A stretch of DNA of 64,000 nucleotides from Thecamonas trahens ATCC 50062 (taxonomy: Eukaryota; Protista; Apusomonadida). The number at the start of each line of letters is the position of its first letter. Position 1 is the first letter of the stretch. A program made the translations under genes and the position numbers. The notes under the pieces were generated by a model that did not search any database, was not told where the DNA came from, and worked only from the letters and a program-made list of their open reading frames with translations. This document shows, one piece after another, positions 30,801 through 45,208 of the stretch. Location of the stretch: assembly GCF_000142905.1 (NCBI RefSeq), contig NW_013657649.1, forward strand, positions 310,001-374,000, given 5' to 3'.

Positions 30801-33800
30801 CGCGCAGAACGAGACAACCAGCGGCACCCGCTTGCCGCCGCCTACCGCCCCCGACATCGGGCTCACGTCCACTACCCGCCCATCCACACAGGTAAACGAC
30901 GAGGCGTCAAAGGCAAACCGGTACTCGCCCTCGGTCTCGTTGACAAGCTCAATCTCGGCGCTCGCTGTGTGGCCCACCAGCGACTCCTTAAAGTTGATAA
31001 AGGTTTTCGAGAGGAATACCTCTGGCTCCTTGGTCCGTCCAAGGAGGAGGAACGGAATGACAATGCCCTGCTCGGCAATCTCAAACTCCCAGAACGACTC
31101 GCGGAGCTCAAGATCCTGCGAGACAAACTCAAAGGCCACCTCGTACTTGCGGCCCGACACAACCAGGCCCTCCTCGGTGAGGCAACGGAACGGCGACCGC
31201 GTCGGATCCGAGTCGACACACTTCCACTTGAAGCTGTACGACACGTTCGTCGGGTTAACAACCATAAACTTGTGCACCACCCGGACCCGCACGCCCACAG
31301 ACGTGATCTCGATGACCCGCGTAGCAGGATCGAGCGGTCCCACCATCCCACCAGGCCCGGGAAGGTCCGGCAGCCGCTCGCCAGAGCTCAGGTACTTGCA
31401 CACCGGCAGCTCGAGGTGGCAGACCGGCCGCTTGGCGCTCGCCATGATCGGAATCTCCGGCTCGTCTTGCGACGCGTCGAGCCCAGGAATCGTCGCCAGC
31501 AGGTATCGATCAAAGTTCTTGACCTCGTCCGGTGCAAAGGTCACCATGACATCGATGGACTCGCCCGGCCCGAGACTCCCGCTGGCAGGCTCCACCGCAA
31601 AGTCGCCCGACACGTCCTCCACCCCATCGCCGTACACCACCATCCACTCGTAGGCAAACGCCGTCGTTGACTGCGATGTAAACTTAAAGTGAACCGACCG
31701 CGACTCGAACATGTACGTCTCGGCAAAGACAATCGACTCGACGTCGAGCGAGTACTTGGCCGTGTCAGCAGAGCCCGAGACGTAGAGCGGGAGTGCGAGC
31801 GACGGCGCAAAGCCCATCGCCGCCTCGCTCTCGTCCACGACCTCCACCTCGTCGTACTCGGGCTCGCTCACGGAAACCTTCATCCGCCGCCGCGTCACAG
31901 CGCCCGCAGGCAGCTTGCGCGCAAGCGAGTCCGACACCACCTCGTTTGTCTCGTTGACAACGTTAACAAACTTGGTCACAGACGCCGTTGCGTCCCAGTG
32001 CCCGCGGCTCCCATCGCGCCGCACAATCATCGTCGTCATGCACGACGCCGCCAGCGACTCAAAGCTCAGCGGGTACGGCGCCCGATAGGTGAGCGAGACT
32101 TGGGCCATGGCCTGCGACGGCACATGCCCGATGCGCGGCGAGAACGAAAACAGCGCCGACGAGTACTCGTCGAGCTCGCGCTGACGCGCCTCCAGCGCCT
32201 CGCGCACCTCGACAAGCTCCTCCTCGGCCTCGCGCGCAGAGCTGGAGCCCTCGCCAGAATCGGAGCCGCCCGACACGTTGGCAGACGCCGCCGCCCGGAG
32301 CTCGCGCACCCGATCGCCCAGCTCCTCTACAGCCGCCCGCGCCTCGGCAACCCGGATGGCAATGTCTTCCGGCACCGCCGGAGGCGACCACACGTACCGC
32401 ATCCAGTGCGACGAGTGGTTACAGAGGCCAAACGTGACCGTCCGCGCCACGCCAACAGGCCCGGACCCGACGTCGAGCACGTTCTCCGTATTGCCTGGCA
32501 GCGCGTCAAACGACGCCATCGCCGCGTAGCCCTCGCCGCTCAGCCGGAACACAGTCGTCTCGAACGAGTTGTCCGCCACAGACAGCACAACTTCGCCTGT
32601 GAACGTCGCCGACTCTTGTGGCGTAAAGGTGACGTCAAACCGTGCCTCCTCACCGGCGGCAAGCTCGACTGTTGCCCCGTTCGACTCGACCACAAAAGAC
32701 GGACTCGAGCTCCGCTTCATATCCACACGCACGCTCGCGTTGAGCACGCCGGCATTCGCCACCACAATGCTCAGCACCCGCGACCGCATCAGCATGCACC
32801 GCCCAAAGCCGAGCTCGAGCTCGCCGCGCTCATTGCGGCTGGTGGGCGACTTGACCGAGATCCGCGGCATCGTGCCCTCACCCACCAGGTTGAACCGGAA
32901 GACTGACGACTCGGGCGCAATCTCGCCATTCTCCACCCGTGCCGTAAAGAGGCCGCGGTACTCGAGGAGCGCAGCAGGGTTGAACAGCATCGTCACAAAC
33001 CGGTACTCGTGGTTCGGAATGTGAACCCGCCGAGGCTGAACGTCAAAGACAGGCCGCTCGCCCACAACCTCGCCCTCGTCGCCACCGTCACCGGCCTCGG
33101 CCTCATCGTCGCCATCTCCACCACCACCGCCGCCACCACGACTCGATGTTCCCTCGGTCGTCCGCGACGACTTTTTCCCTTGCCGCCGCTTGGACGAGCT
33201 GCCCGATGTCGACGCGTTGCCCGACGCCGAGCCCGACCGCCGCAGTGATGACGTGTTGGCCGACGTCGAGCCCGAGCCTGACGAGAACGGGAGCTCGGTG
33301 GAGAAGACCACGTCGCACGCAACCTTGTTTGGGTTCGAGATCTTGATCTGTGCCACAGCCTGCCGGCCCACAATGAGTGCACCAAACGAAAACGTGTTCG
33401 ACATCTTGGCGTAGACGTTGGCTGCACCGGCCGCGCTCCGCGCCACCGACTCGAGCTGCGCCACCACCATCTGCTCTTCGAAAATGAGGTCGTAGTCCCA
33501 GGTGTTGATGCCCGGCACACACGATTCGCCGGTCAGCTCGTACGGGATCGGGACCGGGACGCCCACCGCAAGACTGGCCAGTGCGCCCGCGCTCGACGAC
33601 GCCGAGAGCGCCACAGCACCGGTCTCGGCAACCGGAGCCACTGTCAGCGGCGGTGGCGCGTCGGCAAGGTCCGGAATGAACAAGCCGAGCTTTTCGGTAC
33701 AAAACTTAGAGGCCTCGGCGTAAAAATGAACCGTGATCACCGCCTTGCCGCCCGGCTCGATGAGCCCGGTGTACGGCGCGAGCTCAAAGGCGCCGACGTT

Positions 33801-36800
33801 GAGCGCGTCCTTGGCCCCAGTTCGCACGAGAGCCACCGGCTCGGCCGCCGCACTGGAGCTACCCGCCTTACGCGCCGAGACCGACTTAGACCGCGACCGC
33901 CGCGCAGAGCCCTTGGCGCCTGGCCGCGGCGAGATGGCGGCCTCGTGCTCAGCGGCAGCATCGAGAATCGAGTGCGACAACTCGCGATCGTCGCCGCGCC
34001 GCTTCTTGCGTCGCCTGCCCGAGTCGCCGCGCTGCGCGCCGGCGCTCTTGCGACCGCCGCGCCGCTTGTCCGAGTAGCTCTCGGCCCGCTCGAGGCCGGC
34101 ACCGTAGGTGGCGGTGAGGTGGCCAGCGGCAATGGCTGAAAACGCCGCAGCACCTTCAGGATTGCCCATGTCAAAGAAGCAGTACTCAAAGGCAAACGGC
34201 CCAGTGTTCCGCAGTTCAAACGACCGCGTCCGCTGGTTGCCATACACCAGCGGGCCAAAGTTGACAACCCGCTCCGGCACAAGGCTATACGCATTGAACC
34301 GCGCCGTGGCGGTCACCGTCACCGGGATGGTGGCAATGATCTCGTCGGTTGCGGCCTCGAGGACCTGGCACTTGATGTCAGCCGCACCGGTAAGGGTGAA
34401 CTCGGCAAACGAGCGGAAGATAAACTCAACCGTCGACGGCTTATCGTTTGGCCCGAGCACGCCCTCAGCCGGCTCGATGCGAATGACGTCGCGGATTTCG
34501 TTGGTCTCGAACCGGAACCGGAACTTAATGTCGTGCTTGCCCTTGTTCTTGAGCGTTGCAGAGAGGACTCGCGACTCGTAGACCTTGAGCAGGCCGTAGT
34601 CGAGGCAGGCCTCGGTCGTGCCACGCGCAAAGTGCACGTCGATGGCCACGTCGTACGCCTCGCCATCCACCTGCACGTTTTCTGTTTGCAGCGGACCGTA
34701 GAGGCCTTCGGCATCGGTCACCTCGAGCTTGAGCGCCTTGTGGATCGTGATCTGCTTCTTGGCCTGGAACCGCGCAAAGACGTCGACGCTCCCACCCGGC
34801 GGCACCTCGCCCGAGAGTGGCGCGACCCGGATCTCCGGCAACAGCGCCTGTGCGTTAAGCAGCTGCCACTTGACAGGCAGTGCAGTCGGGTTGCTCAGGG
34901 ATAGCGTCCGCGAGTCGAGCCGGTGCAGGAGCATCGGCTCAAACTCGAGCGCCTCGGTCGAAAGCTCCAGCCGTGGCTTGACGCCGACGCAGCGGAGCGG
35001 AAAGACCGTCGGAATCGGGTTGTCCTTAATGATGGCCACCAGTGTGTCGCGGTACTCTCCGTCGGTCTTGGGGAAGGCCCAGACCGTCACCTCGCGCGAC
35101 TCGTCGGGCGCAAGCTCAAACGTCGTTGGCTCGACCGCAAACGTGGCCGAGTTGACATCCGACTCGAAGCAGAGCTCGACCTGCGCCACGAGCGCACCCG
35201 GGTTGACAAAGGTAAAGACGGCGTGGTGCCGCTTGAGCAGTGCCGCTGTCTGTGCCGCCTCCTGGTCGGGCGTCAGGGCTTGCTCAGCTGCCGCGCTCAC
35301 CAGCGCCGCGCTCGACGTCCCGCGCGACATGCGCTTCGACTCGTGGTGGTGCGAGCTCGATCCGCCACCGTGCCGCTTCGAATCCGACCGCCGCTCGCGC
35401 CGCGAGCTGCCGCTTGTGCCGCTCGCACCGGCCGGCCGTGACTCACGCGACTTGCCAAAGAGAAGAGGGCCAAAGTCAAAGACACCCTCGGTCATGACAA
35501 AAGCCGGCAGCTTGGTGAGCATGCTCGCCTCCGAGCCATAGCTGCGGATGCGCGAGGCGAAGACCACTCGCGGGTCGTTTGACACCATCGGATACGACGC
35601 CGACGCAAAGCACTCGAGCGGGAACTGGGCGTCGAGACCGAGTATCTCAAACATGAGCGTGTCGAAAAGTTGCCGGGCGTGCCCGACCGGAACCGCACAA
35701 GAAGCTCTTGCGTCTCGCCCGGCTTGAGCACGTACCGGTACGGGTGCTGCGACTTGAGCCGCAGCGCAGCGAGCTCGCCCTCGACCTCGATAAATGCAGC
35801 TTCGTCCGACTTTGCAGGCTCGGCAGGCTCGGCACTGGCGTTTCCGCCACTGCTCCCACCGCGGCGCCCGCCCTTGCCGCCCTTCTTCCGCGACCGCGAC
35901 TCGGCCTTGGCTGCTGCCGCCGACGCCTTTCTTGCCCGCTCCTCCGCCACAATGTCCGAGTACGACTCGGGCAGGTAGATCTCGAGGTTGGTGCATGGCT
36001 CACGCGGCAGTCGCTCTGCCGGCCGCTCCAGCACTTGCAGCAGCTCGTCGTCGGGCACCTCGAGCGTGATCGGCTCGGGCTCGGGAATCTTGTCAGGCGG
36101 TGGGAGCGAGGCCTCGACCGCGGCAGCCACAACGAGAGGCTTGTGGCTGGCGTCAATGGTGGCAACCGGCTCGGCAAGCGGCGGCTTGGGCGGTGGCTTG
36201 GGTGGGGCGGCGGCGGCCGCAAGTCCGCGCTCCTGAACTGACGACTCGGTGAGCGGGACTGGCGCGACCGAGCCACGCCGCTTAGAGCGTGAGCCCCGCT
36301 TCGACCGGCGCGTCCGAGACGAGGTCGACGCAGCGTTGGACGCTGTCGAGACGCCGAGCGCGTCAGCTGCACCGCCGCTACCGGAAAGCAGCGCGGCTTC
36401 ATGGCTGCCGTCGGCTGCCGACTCACCAGCCCCGGCTCCGGCAGCCTCGGCCGGTCCGACGTTGAGGAGTGCGTACATGGACGCGAGGTCTGCGGCCGCG
36501 TTGGTCCATGCAACGAGGCCGACATGCCAGGGCGGCGGGGCGAGCGATGACGGCTCACCATCAACGCCGACAAGCCCGTCGCCAAAGAAGGTGTCTGGCA
36601 GGTTGAGAAGCGCGGCAATGGCTGGGGTTACGTCGGCGACAGTGAGACCGTCGAGATCGAGCGAGGCGAGGTCGACGGCGTCGCCGTCGCCGGCCTGCGA
36701 CGCTGCCACCGACTCATCGTCCTTGATTGTCCGCTTTGAGCGCGACGACGACTTGCGCAGCTTCTTGCGAGTCTTTGCAACCGCAGCGTCGAGGATAGCC

Positions 36801-39800
36801 TGCTGCTCTTCGACGCGGGCGGCGACGACTGCGCGCTCAGCCTCTTTGCGGGCCTCGTCGGCCTGGCGCTTGCGGAAGAGCGAGCGCTTGTACTCGGCCC
36901 ACTCGGCGTCGTAGGCAGCGCGCTGCTCATCGTCGAGCGCGTCGTACGCCTCTTCGCTCATGGTCATAAACTTCGGCGGCGGGGTCGGCGGCGGCGGGGT
37001 CGGCGGTCTGGTCAGCGCCACGTACCGCTCGTCGACAGTGTCAGGTGAGACCTCCAACATGCGCACAAAGAGGTCGTGACCAGGCATCGAGTTGAAGGCC
37101 GACTTGACGGCGGCGTGCGCTGGGAGTAGGCCACCAGCGAGTGACACAAAGTCGGCGTTGAGCGAGTCGAGGAGGAATCCGTTGCACGGTACGGCAGTGA
37201 CGAGAACCTTGACTAGCGCACCAAGGAGCGGCGCCGGCAGGTACAGCCGCGGTTCGACGTCGTCAGCGTCGCCGACATCCGGCGACGCGGCGCCGTCGTC
37301 GCGGTGGCTCGACCGGCCCTTGCCGGAGACCGAAGCGTTGGAGCGATGGCGGCGGATGGCGGCGGCCTTGTCCGCGGACGCCGCCTCGGCCGAGGCAGCA
37401 AGGAACTCGCGGACAGTGGCGCACACCACCTCGGGGGCGAGGTTGAACCAATCAATGCCATCGTCAACGCCTTTGCTGCGCTTGCCAGCACCACGCTTTT
37501 TGGCGGCGCCAACCCCAGTGGTCGCCGACGCCGCCGCTAAGGAGCTCGGATCGTCACCGGCCTCGCCTTGGCGATGCTTCCGCCGCTTGTGACGGGAGAC
37601 CGACGCCGGCGCCCGCGATTCGGCCACTGCCGCGTTGACAATCGGCATCGAGAGCGCAGACTCGACCGGCGCCTCGCGCATCAGCGCGCGCAGCTTGGCG
37701 AGAATGGCTGGGGCACCGATGACAGGTGCCGCGTCCTCCAGTGGCTCCTCCGGCGCGACCAAAGGCTCGGACTGGCCATCGGCATCCGGGCCGGCGATGT
37801 CACTCGTACCCACATCAGCAGCAGGCGGCGCCAGCTCGCCCGACTCGTTGAGCGAAGTCTGGGAGTCGGGCTCGACACCCGAGTCGTTGAGGACCGACTC
37901 GGATGCTGGCTCGGACGTAGTGTACTCGACAGCCGGAGGCTCGGCGGGTGCAACGATGTCTTCGGTCAACGGAGCTCTTGGGGAGGGCGCCTGTGCGTCC
38001 TGGACCCCATCTGTGAGAAGCTGGGTGAGGAGGTCACCAAGATCGAGCGTGGTCAGGTGCGGGTACCGGGCGGCGAGCGAAGCAGCGACGGTCGACTTGC
38101 CGGCAAGCGGTGGGCCGCAGAGAAGGACCGAGTACAGCGGCCTGCCGTCGCGTGGCGCAAGACGCGGATCGATGACCGGTTCAGGGTTGGCGGCGGCGCG
38201 GGCCTCGAGCTCGTGCGACGAGATCGGAGTGAACGAGAGGTCCGGGAAGATGGCGGCGCGGGCAATGACAGCGTCGACAGCGAGCTGTGCAGTGTTGGCA
38301 GCTTCAACGGCTTCGGCAGCACGGGCCTCGGCCAAAGTAGTGGCGGCGGTGGCCGCGGCATGGGCGGCTTCGAGTGAGGCGATGTGTTGCTCTGCAGCCG
38401 AGTCAAAGCCGGCGGCCTCGGCCACGGCCTCGGCCTCAGCGGCCTCGACCGACGACTTGGGCTTATCGCCGAATGCGGGAATGGTGAGGTCCAGGTCTGA
38501 GGTGAGCTGGACAGCAGGCGCGGACGGCTCCGGAGCGGCGAGTGCGTCTGCGGCAGCAGGAGCGGCGGCGTCCGCGGGTGCGTGCTTGTGGCTCTTGCGG
38601 CGGGAACGCCGACCTGAGCCCTTGCGACGCGACTTGCCGGAGCGCGAGCGGCCCGACTGCGAGGTCTCCGACTCTACGTGGGAGAGTGTGGCCGACGTGG
38701 GTCGGTGCTCGGCGGCGGAGGCTGAGGCTGGATCCTGCGAGGGAGCGACCTCGGACGTTGTGGCCGCGTTTTTGACAATCCTGTCACTGGAGAGGGTGCG
38801 CGAGAGGCGGAGCTTGTCGTTGTTGCCCTCGTCGGCAGCAGCCTCGACCCTGGCGGCCTCTAGCGCAGCGAGGGCAGCCTCCTCGGATGCCTTGGCCATG
38901 GCAGCGGCGTCAAGTGCGGTCGTGGCGTCGTCAGAGGCAGCCGCCGCGGCGGCCTGTGCGGCCTTGAGCTCATCGAGAAGCGTGAGAAGCTCCTTCGGCA
39001 CCGGGTCGCCGGGCTCCCGCGGCTGGATGAGCATGGTGTCCGAGTCGTGAGCGTAGCCTGAGACGTAGCGAAGGGCCTCCTCGTGGCGGGCGTAGTCGTT
39101 GTCAAGTCAACCGAGTAGACTTCGATGGGCACCTCGTTGGGGTTGGTGATGAAAAACTGCGAGTACACACCCTCTGTGTGCGGCTGGGTGGCCGAAAAGT
39201 AGAGCTGCGGCGGCGCAAACTGGAGCTTGAGCATGCGGCCGAGGCCGGAGCAGACAAAGCGGAAGACCTTGCGGTTCATCTTGACACGGACCTTGAAGGC
39301 GTGCTTGTAGGCGGCCTCGCTCCGCGGAGAAAAAGTGATGCAGGCGTTGATGCACTCGCCGGGGGCGAGGACGCCCGACTTGGGTGTGATGGCAAAGGCC
39401 TCGGCCGAGGCCAGTGCCTCGGACTTGCGCGAGCGAGTGGTGACCGGCTTGATGAACCAGGTGGCCGGGACAGCTTGCGAGTTGGTCAGCTGAACGTACA
39501 TGCGCTTGACAAAGCCGACGTGGACGTGGCCAAAGTCAAAGTTGGACCGCGAGACCGAGAGCGTGGGCACGGTGAGCGTGGCCTTAAAGTGGAGAGCGAG
39601 CGTGGCTCCCGAGTCAAGGACAATGGGCACGATCCGCTCGTACAAGCCCTGCTCAAACTCGACGTCGACGGTGGAAAGCGTGGCGGTGAAGATGACCGAG
39701 TCGTGCCCCGGTGCGCCAGGCAGGTTGCGAACCCGCATGGGATCGAGCGAGAGGCCCGAGAGGCGGAGCGACTTTTGGTCGATGATGAGCGAGGCAGGCG

Positions 39801-42800
39801 GAAAGCCGATGTTGGTGAGCGAGAAGCTGGCGGTCTTGGACGTGCCGAGAACGACGTAGCCAAAGTCGCAGACGTACGAGGCCATGACAAAGGCGTTGCG
39901 GGCGCGGCGCATGGCGGCGGCAAGCGCATCCTTGGCCGGCGGCGCGAGGTCTCCCGGGTTGAGGGCGGCGGCGGTCTCGGCGAGCGAACCGGTCGATGAG
40001 GTCTTGAGCGCGCCAAGGGCGAGACGCGCGACGAGGCAGAGCGTCCGCCGCTCGACCTGGAGCCTGTCCATTTCGGCGTCGACGCCCCAGACCGGCTTGA
40101 TGGCTGTCGGATCGACAAGGGCCGACTGGCTGGCCTCGTCCTGCTCGCCGTTGGCGCTCTTGACGTCATCCTCGGACGACTCGGAGGCCGACGAGGGACG
40201 GGGATGCTGAGGGTAGAACGCGATGGCCGGGCCGGAGACAGTCTCGGCATAGGCGCGAAGCTCGGCCTCGCCGGGCCCCAGCATCCGCGGCAGCGAGGTG
40301 ATCATGTGCGGGAAGACGCCCGAGCCTGTGATGGTGACCTGCTGCGGGGCAAAGTGGGCGACGATGACGCGGAAGCTCCCGCAAGACCGGCGTGGGAGGA
40401 GCGGGCTGTAGGTGACGCGGATGGTGCGGGTCTCGTTCGGAGCGAGAACGCCCGAGAGCGGGGCGAGGACAGCTGCGGGCGGGACAAGAGCCTTGAGCAG
40501 GGCTGGCGAAAAGGCGTCGAGGCCCGGCTCGGCCTCGCCGGCCTCGGAGGCGAGGCCGTTGACGGAGCCGACCTCGGACTCGATGATGGGGAGGGTCTTA
40601 TGGGCCGGTGGCGCAGTGGGTGGCGGGAGTGCGGCCTCGATGTGGTGAGGGAGGCCGAGCGGGAGCTCTGTCGAGTCGATGAGCTCGGGCAGGCGCTCAA
40701 AGGCAAACTCGACCGGGACCTGGCCGTGGTTGGTCAGGCTCAGGGTCCTCGTCCGCGGCTTACCGAGCAGCGTCCGACCAAACTCGAGGGTGGTGGGGAA
40801 GAGGGTAAAGTCGATGGAGGAGGCACGGCCGGCGAGTGTGAGCTCGACGGTCGGCCCGCCGAGGACGGTGCAGACGGCAGTGGCAAAGGCTGCGGCGTGG
40901 GCGTGGCCGTAGAAAATGACCTCGATGGTGGTGGTGGCGCCCGGAGGCACTGTGCCGCGGAGCGGGAGTAGGTCAAAGGCTTCGCGGGCGGGCGGAGCGC
41001 GCGAGTCAAGCGAGTCGTCGAGCGAGTCTCCGGTGTCGAGGCCCGACGCGGCTAGCGGGGCGTCGTCGTTAATGAGCATCCACGAGAACGAGGCCGGCAA
41101 GTCCGAGGTGTTGGTGAGCGTCACATACTTTTTGGCCTGTGTCTCGTTGAGGATGCAGCCAAAGTCAAGGGCGTGAGTGTCGAGGTTGAGGGTGGGGAAG
41201 TTGACGACGCCACGGAGCTTGAGGGTGTCACGGCGCGGGTGATCGCGGTAGACAACAATGAGCTCGTCATCGAGGGTGTCTGCGCAGTGGTTGGAGGCGT
41301 AGTCGGGATTAAAGCGCACGGTGAGGCGAGCAGACTGGCCGGGCTGTAGCGCGAGGTCTTCGTCCGAAACGGCAAAGGCGCCAAAGACCTTGATCTGGGC
41401 ATCCAGCGCGAGCGGCGAGACGTTGGTGATGGTGAGGTCTTGGGTGAGGTGCGGGATGTCGTCGTTGTGGGCGACGTCGTGCATGTAGACAAACTCGAGG
41501 AGCGGGGGTAGAAGGCGACTTGCGGGATGACAAACGAGGCCGAGATGGGAGCATCGACAACGACGATGGCCTTGCGCTCGACGGTGGCCACGCAGCGGAG
41601 CTTGTCGACGACGTCGCGCGGGGCAGCCGAGTTGCCGCTGAGGATAAGGGTGTACTCCTCGCCAGGCTCGAGCGAGAACTTTGTCTCTGAGAGGGAGAAG
41701 GCGCCCGATGCCTCGACGGGGGCGTTGCCAGCGCGGCCGCGCTTGTCGCCGAGCGACCAGGAGAGGGTCTGGCGACGGTAGCCGTCGTTGCGGAGGTGGA
41801 AGACTTGCGAGCAGGGCTTGTGTGTGGGGACCTTGCCAAAGTCGACACGCTCAAGCGAGACGTCAGCGGTGATGGTGGAGCCAAAGCCTGCGGCCTTGCA
41901 GGGGACGCGAATGGTGTCGCCTTCGCCGTCGTTGACGGTGAGGATGAGCTCGTCGGAGAAGGGGAGGACGTCGTCGAGGCGAGCCGTGATGACGAGGTCG
42001 AAGGTCTTGCGCGCCGGGATGGTGTAGGTGACGACGTCGACGGAGAAGACCTGGTGCTGGCGGCGGAATGCGGCCGAGATCGAGGCCGGGATGAGCGAGT
42101 CGTTGGCGAGGGTGAGGGTGAGCGGGACGTCTGTGAGGACCTTGACCTTGCCCCAGTTGAGGGTGTTGACCGATGGGACGAGGACCGGGCCTTTGCAGGT
42201 GGCGCGGAGCGAAACTTCGAGCGGGGGAGCATTTGAGCCGAGGATGCGGATGTAGACCGGCATGTTGACATCGCCGAGCTTGTTGGCGACGAGGGCGATG
42301 GGGACCTGAAACTCGGAAAACTGCTCGATGATGCCCTTTGCGCGCGGCGAGGAGTAGGATGCGGCGGCGCGGGCGGAGGGAGCCTGCGGAATGATCTCAT
42401 ACTTTGCGGGCGTGTCGGACTCGTTGATGAGGGTGACGGGCGCCGAGTACTCGTGGCGGATAAAGACTTCGCCAAAGTCGACGAGCGGGGTGGCGAGCTC
42501 GATGGCCGGGACACGGCATGTTGCAGAGACTGGGATGGAGAGAACCGAGGTTCCGACGCCCTCTACGTCGACTTGGAGGGCTGAGGAGACGCGGGCGACG
42601 GTGGCCGGCATAAAGTCGACCTGAACCTGTGCCGACGCCTTGGGCGCAATGGTGCCATGTGACGGGATGACGTCAAACTCGCGGTCGAGGAAGTTGCCGT
42701 CGGCCTCCATGTGCAGCTTGTAGTGCATGGGAATTTCAGAGGTGTTGTAGAGCGAGAAATGGCGGGTCTCGAGGAAGCCGTACGAGACCTGGCCAAAGGC

Positions 42801-44548
42801 GAGGGCGTCGACGTCGGCGTGGAAGGTCGGCCCGATGACGACACCACGGAACGAGACAAACGGATGCGAAGAGGCACCTTCAAGGACGCAGTAGATGCGC
42901 TGCGAGAAGGAGCCGATGACCGGCGGGACAAAGGTGACCAGGATCTCGACCGAGCCGTCGACTGGGAGCGTCCCGGTCTCGGGCTCAAAGGTAAATGCCC
43001 TGGCACACGGCCCGGTCTCGGGGTGAAGGGCAAAGTCTGCGGGGATCTCGCCGACGTTTTCGAGGACGACGGTGGTGCAGATGGGCGCCGAGATGAAGAC
43101 CTGCTCAAAGTCGTGGTAGTCGCGGACAAATGCGGCGGTGGGGCCGAGGCCGTCACCCTGGAGCTCGAGCGGGAGGCGAGCTTCGCGGCCGCCGAGCTCG
43201 ACGTAGGCAAGGGCAGCGACAGGCCCAGCCATAGCGGGCGAAAAGGTGACGGTGACCTCAACCTGCGAGTCGGGCCAGACCTTGCCGGAGAGCGGGGCGA
43301 TGGAGAAAATGCGGTCTTCAAAGAGGAGCGGGTCGGTGGTGAGCTGCGTGAGCTTGGTCTTGAACTCGCGGTCGGTGAGGGCAGCGCCGAGTGAGGGCAA
43401 GCTCGACGGACCGGGCGCTGAGTGGGGGTTGGCGTCGGCTGCATGTGACTGCGACGAGGCGAGGTCGAGGTTGGCGTGGAGTCGTGCCTGAGCCTCGTCA
43501 TGCTCGGAAGCAAAAGCCTTAAAGGCAAACGGAGCTACCACCGACGATCGGTTGATGATCTTAAAGGTGGAGAACGAGCGGAGCGAGATAAAGGTCGGGT
43601 CGAGGACGACCTGCGACTTTTCGAGGCGAACGTTGACTTCGAGGGCCTCGCCGGAGAGGGCGATGCCGACCGAGTCGCCGGACTCGTAGTCGATGCGGAG
43701 AAAGCCAGACTTGCGGCCGACGGTAGAGGGCGCAAAGGCGACGACAAACTGGAGCTGGTCGTCGACCGGGACAACGCCGTCCGAGGGCGAGACGCGGAAC
43801 GGGCCGTCAACACTGGCGGCAAAGCGGGCTGGTGCGTTGCCGACGTTGCGGACAAGGACCGGGCGGTCGGTGATGTGGCGGACCGGGGACGGGTCAAAGG
43901 CGATGGCGTCGGGAAAGTCGAGAATGCCGCGGGCGCCGAAAGCGGCGACCGGCACGACAAACTTCTCGCGCTCGGTGACGACGACAAGGTCGAGGGCGTA
44001 GTCGACGTTGAGCTCTGCGGTGAAGACGATGCGGAAGACGACCTCCATGCCCGGGGCGACCTTGCCCTTGGACTGGACCGAGTGTGTGCCAGCGACCGAG
44101 GTTGCCGGATCGCCCTCGACCTTGAAGAACGGGACGTCCGAGTTGAGGACCTTGACCTTGCGGGCAACGCGGTCGTTGTTGCGGAGGCGGAGGCGCCCCT
44201 CGACCGGAACCAGCGGTGTGTATTGCTGGAAGATGATGGAGCCCGGGAGCGGCGAGAAGAGCGGGGTATCGATGTCCACATGGGTTACCGCCTGAGCTGA
44301 CACATCCGCCACGTTGAGCCACTCGATGATGCGCGGGGCGGGTGGTCCGCCGCAGCCGTTGCCTCGTCCGACTCGAGCTCAAATTGCGCCCGAGCCTGCG
44401 ACGGTGTCGGAAGGTCAAGCGGCAGACCCTGCAGATTATGAGTAGCATCCAGAGTTGAACCTGCCGCGGTTCTTGCTGTCCCCGCAGCTGTTGTGGTGTG
44501 AGGGGCAGGACGTCTGCCCTGGGCCGCCACCCGGCGTGAGAGCGACAT
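27855..44548 (-). CDS. HYDIN: Hydin, axonemal central-pair protein (~5500 aa, no introns evident, four apparent 1-nt frameshifts at ~44338, ~41506, ~39104, ~35666)
   Basis: N-terminus PRIIEWLNVAD…LFSPLPGSIIFQQYTP…LRLRNND…GKVAPGM matches Hydin; many ASH/PapD-like Ig repeats (…FG…L.N.…F.W…F.VEP..G.L.PG); adenylate-kinase-like P-loop VLLCGPPLAGKS; C-terminus GEYVVPLFGHCTPPVPQGP…WEFYLQGL. Five consecutive ORFs join by single-base additions. Confidence 0.95.
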
Positions 44549-44810
44549 GCGGGGTGGAGGGGGGAGGGTGGGGGGGGGGGGGAAGAGGAGGGAGGAAGGG
44601 GGAGAGGGAGATGGGGGTAGGGGTGAGAGTGTGGAGTGTGAAGTGTGGAGTGTGGAGTGTGGAGTGGAGTGGTGGGCGGGAAAGTGGGTGGTTGGTGTGG
44701 TGTAGGGGGAGGGAGGGGGTGTGTGGGAGAGAGGGCGGGTGTTTTGCGCGCGTTGGGGCGTGGCCGGTGAGGATTGGTCGTTGGCGGATTTTATTGTTGG
44801 GGTTGTGGTC

Positions 44811-44995
44811 TGATTAATCGTTGGGTTTGTTGTAGGGGGTTATCGTGTGTGGTGTGTGGTGTGTGTGATTAATCGTTGGGTTTGTTGTTGGGGGTTATCG
44901 TGTGTGGTGTGTGGTATGTGTGATTAATCGTTGGGTTTGTTGTTGGGGTTATCGTATGTGGTGTGTGTGATTAATCGTTGGGTTTGTTGTTGGGG
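44811..44995. repeat. GT-rich ~55-bp tandem minisatellite (3.5 copies) in divergent promoter upstream of HYDIN
   Basis: Unit tgattaatcgttgggtttgttgttgggggttatcgtgtgtggtgtgtggt(a/g)tgtg starts at 44811, 44866, 44921 and 44968. Confidence 0.95.
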
Positions 44996-45208
44996 CAAGC
45001 GGCGGACGGCACACCCTTCCTCAAACTATGCCGTGGAAGCAAGTGACCAACCGCCGGGGGAGGGGAGGGGTGGGAGGGGGGAGGGGTGTATGTGTGTGTG
45101 TGTGTAACACCGCACGCCAGGAGGCAGACAGGGACACGGAAGGAGGGACGAGAAGGTACAGGGCTGCTTACAGACAGAACACGCAAGGAGGGGACGGAGG
45201 GAGAGGCC

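Noticed and set aside
38060-38135. P-loop GPPLAGKS inside the giant ORF as a novel NTPase insertion
   Set aside because: An adenylate-kinase-like domain is a known part of Hydin.
27855-44548. HYDIN as a pseudogene or as five separate genes
   Set aside because: There are no in-frame stops once single bases are restored at homopolymers, and the conserved domain order is continuous.
44811-44995. Possible CRISPR array
   Set aside because: The 'spacers' are near-identical to each other, the context is eukaryotic, and there are no cas genes.
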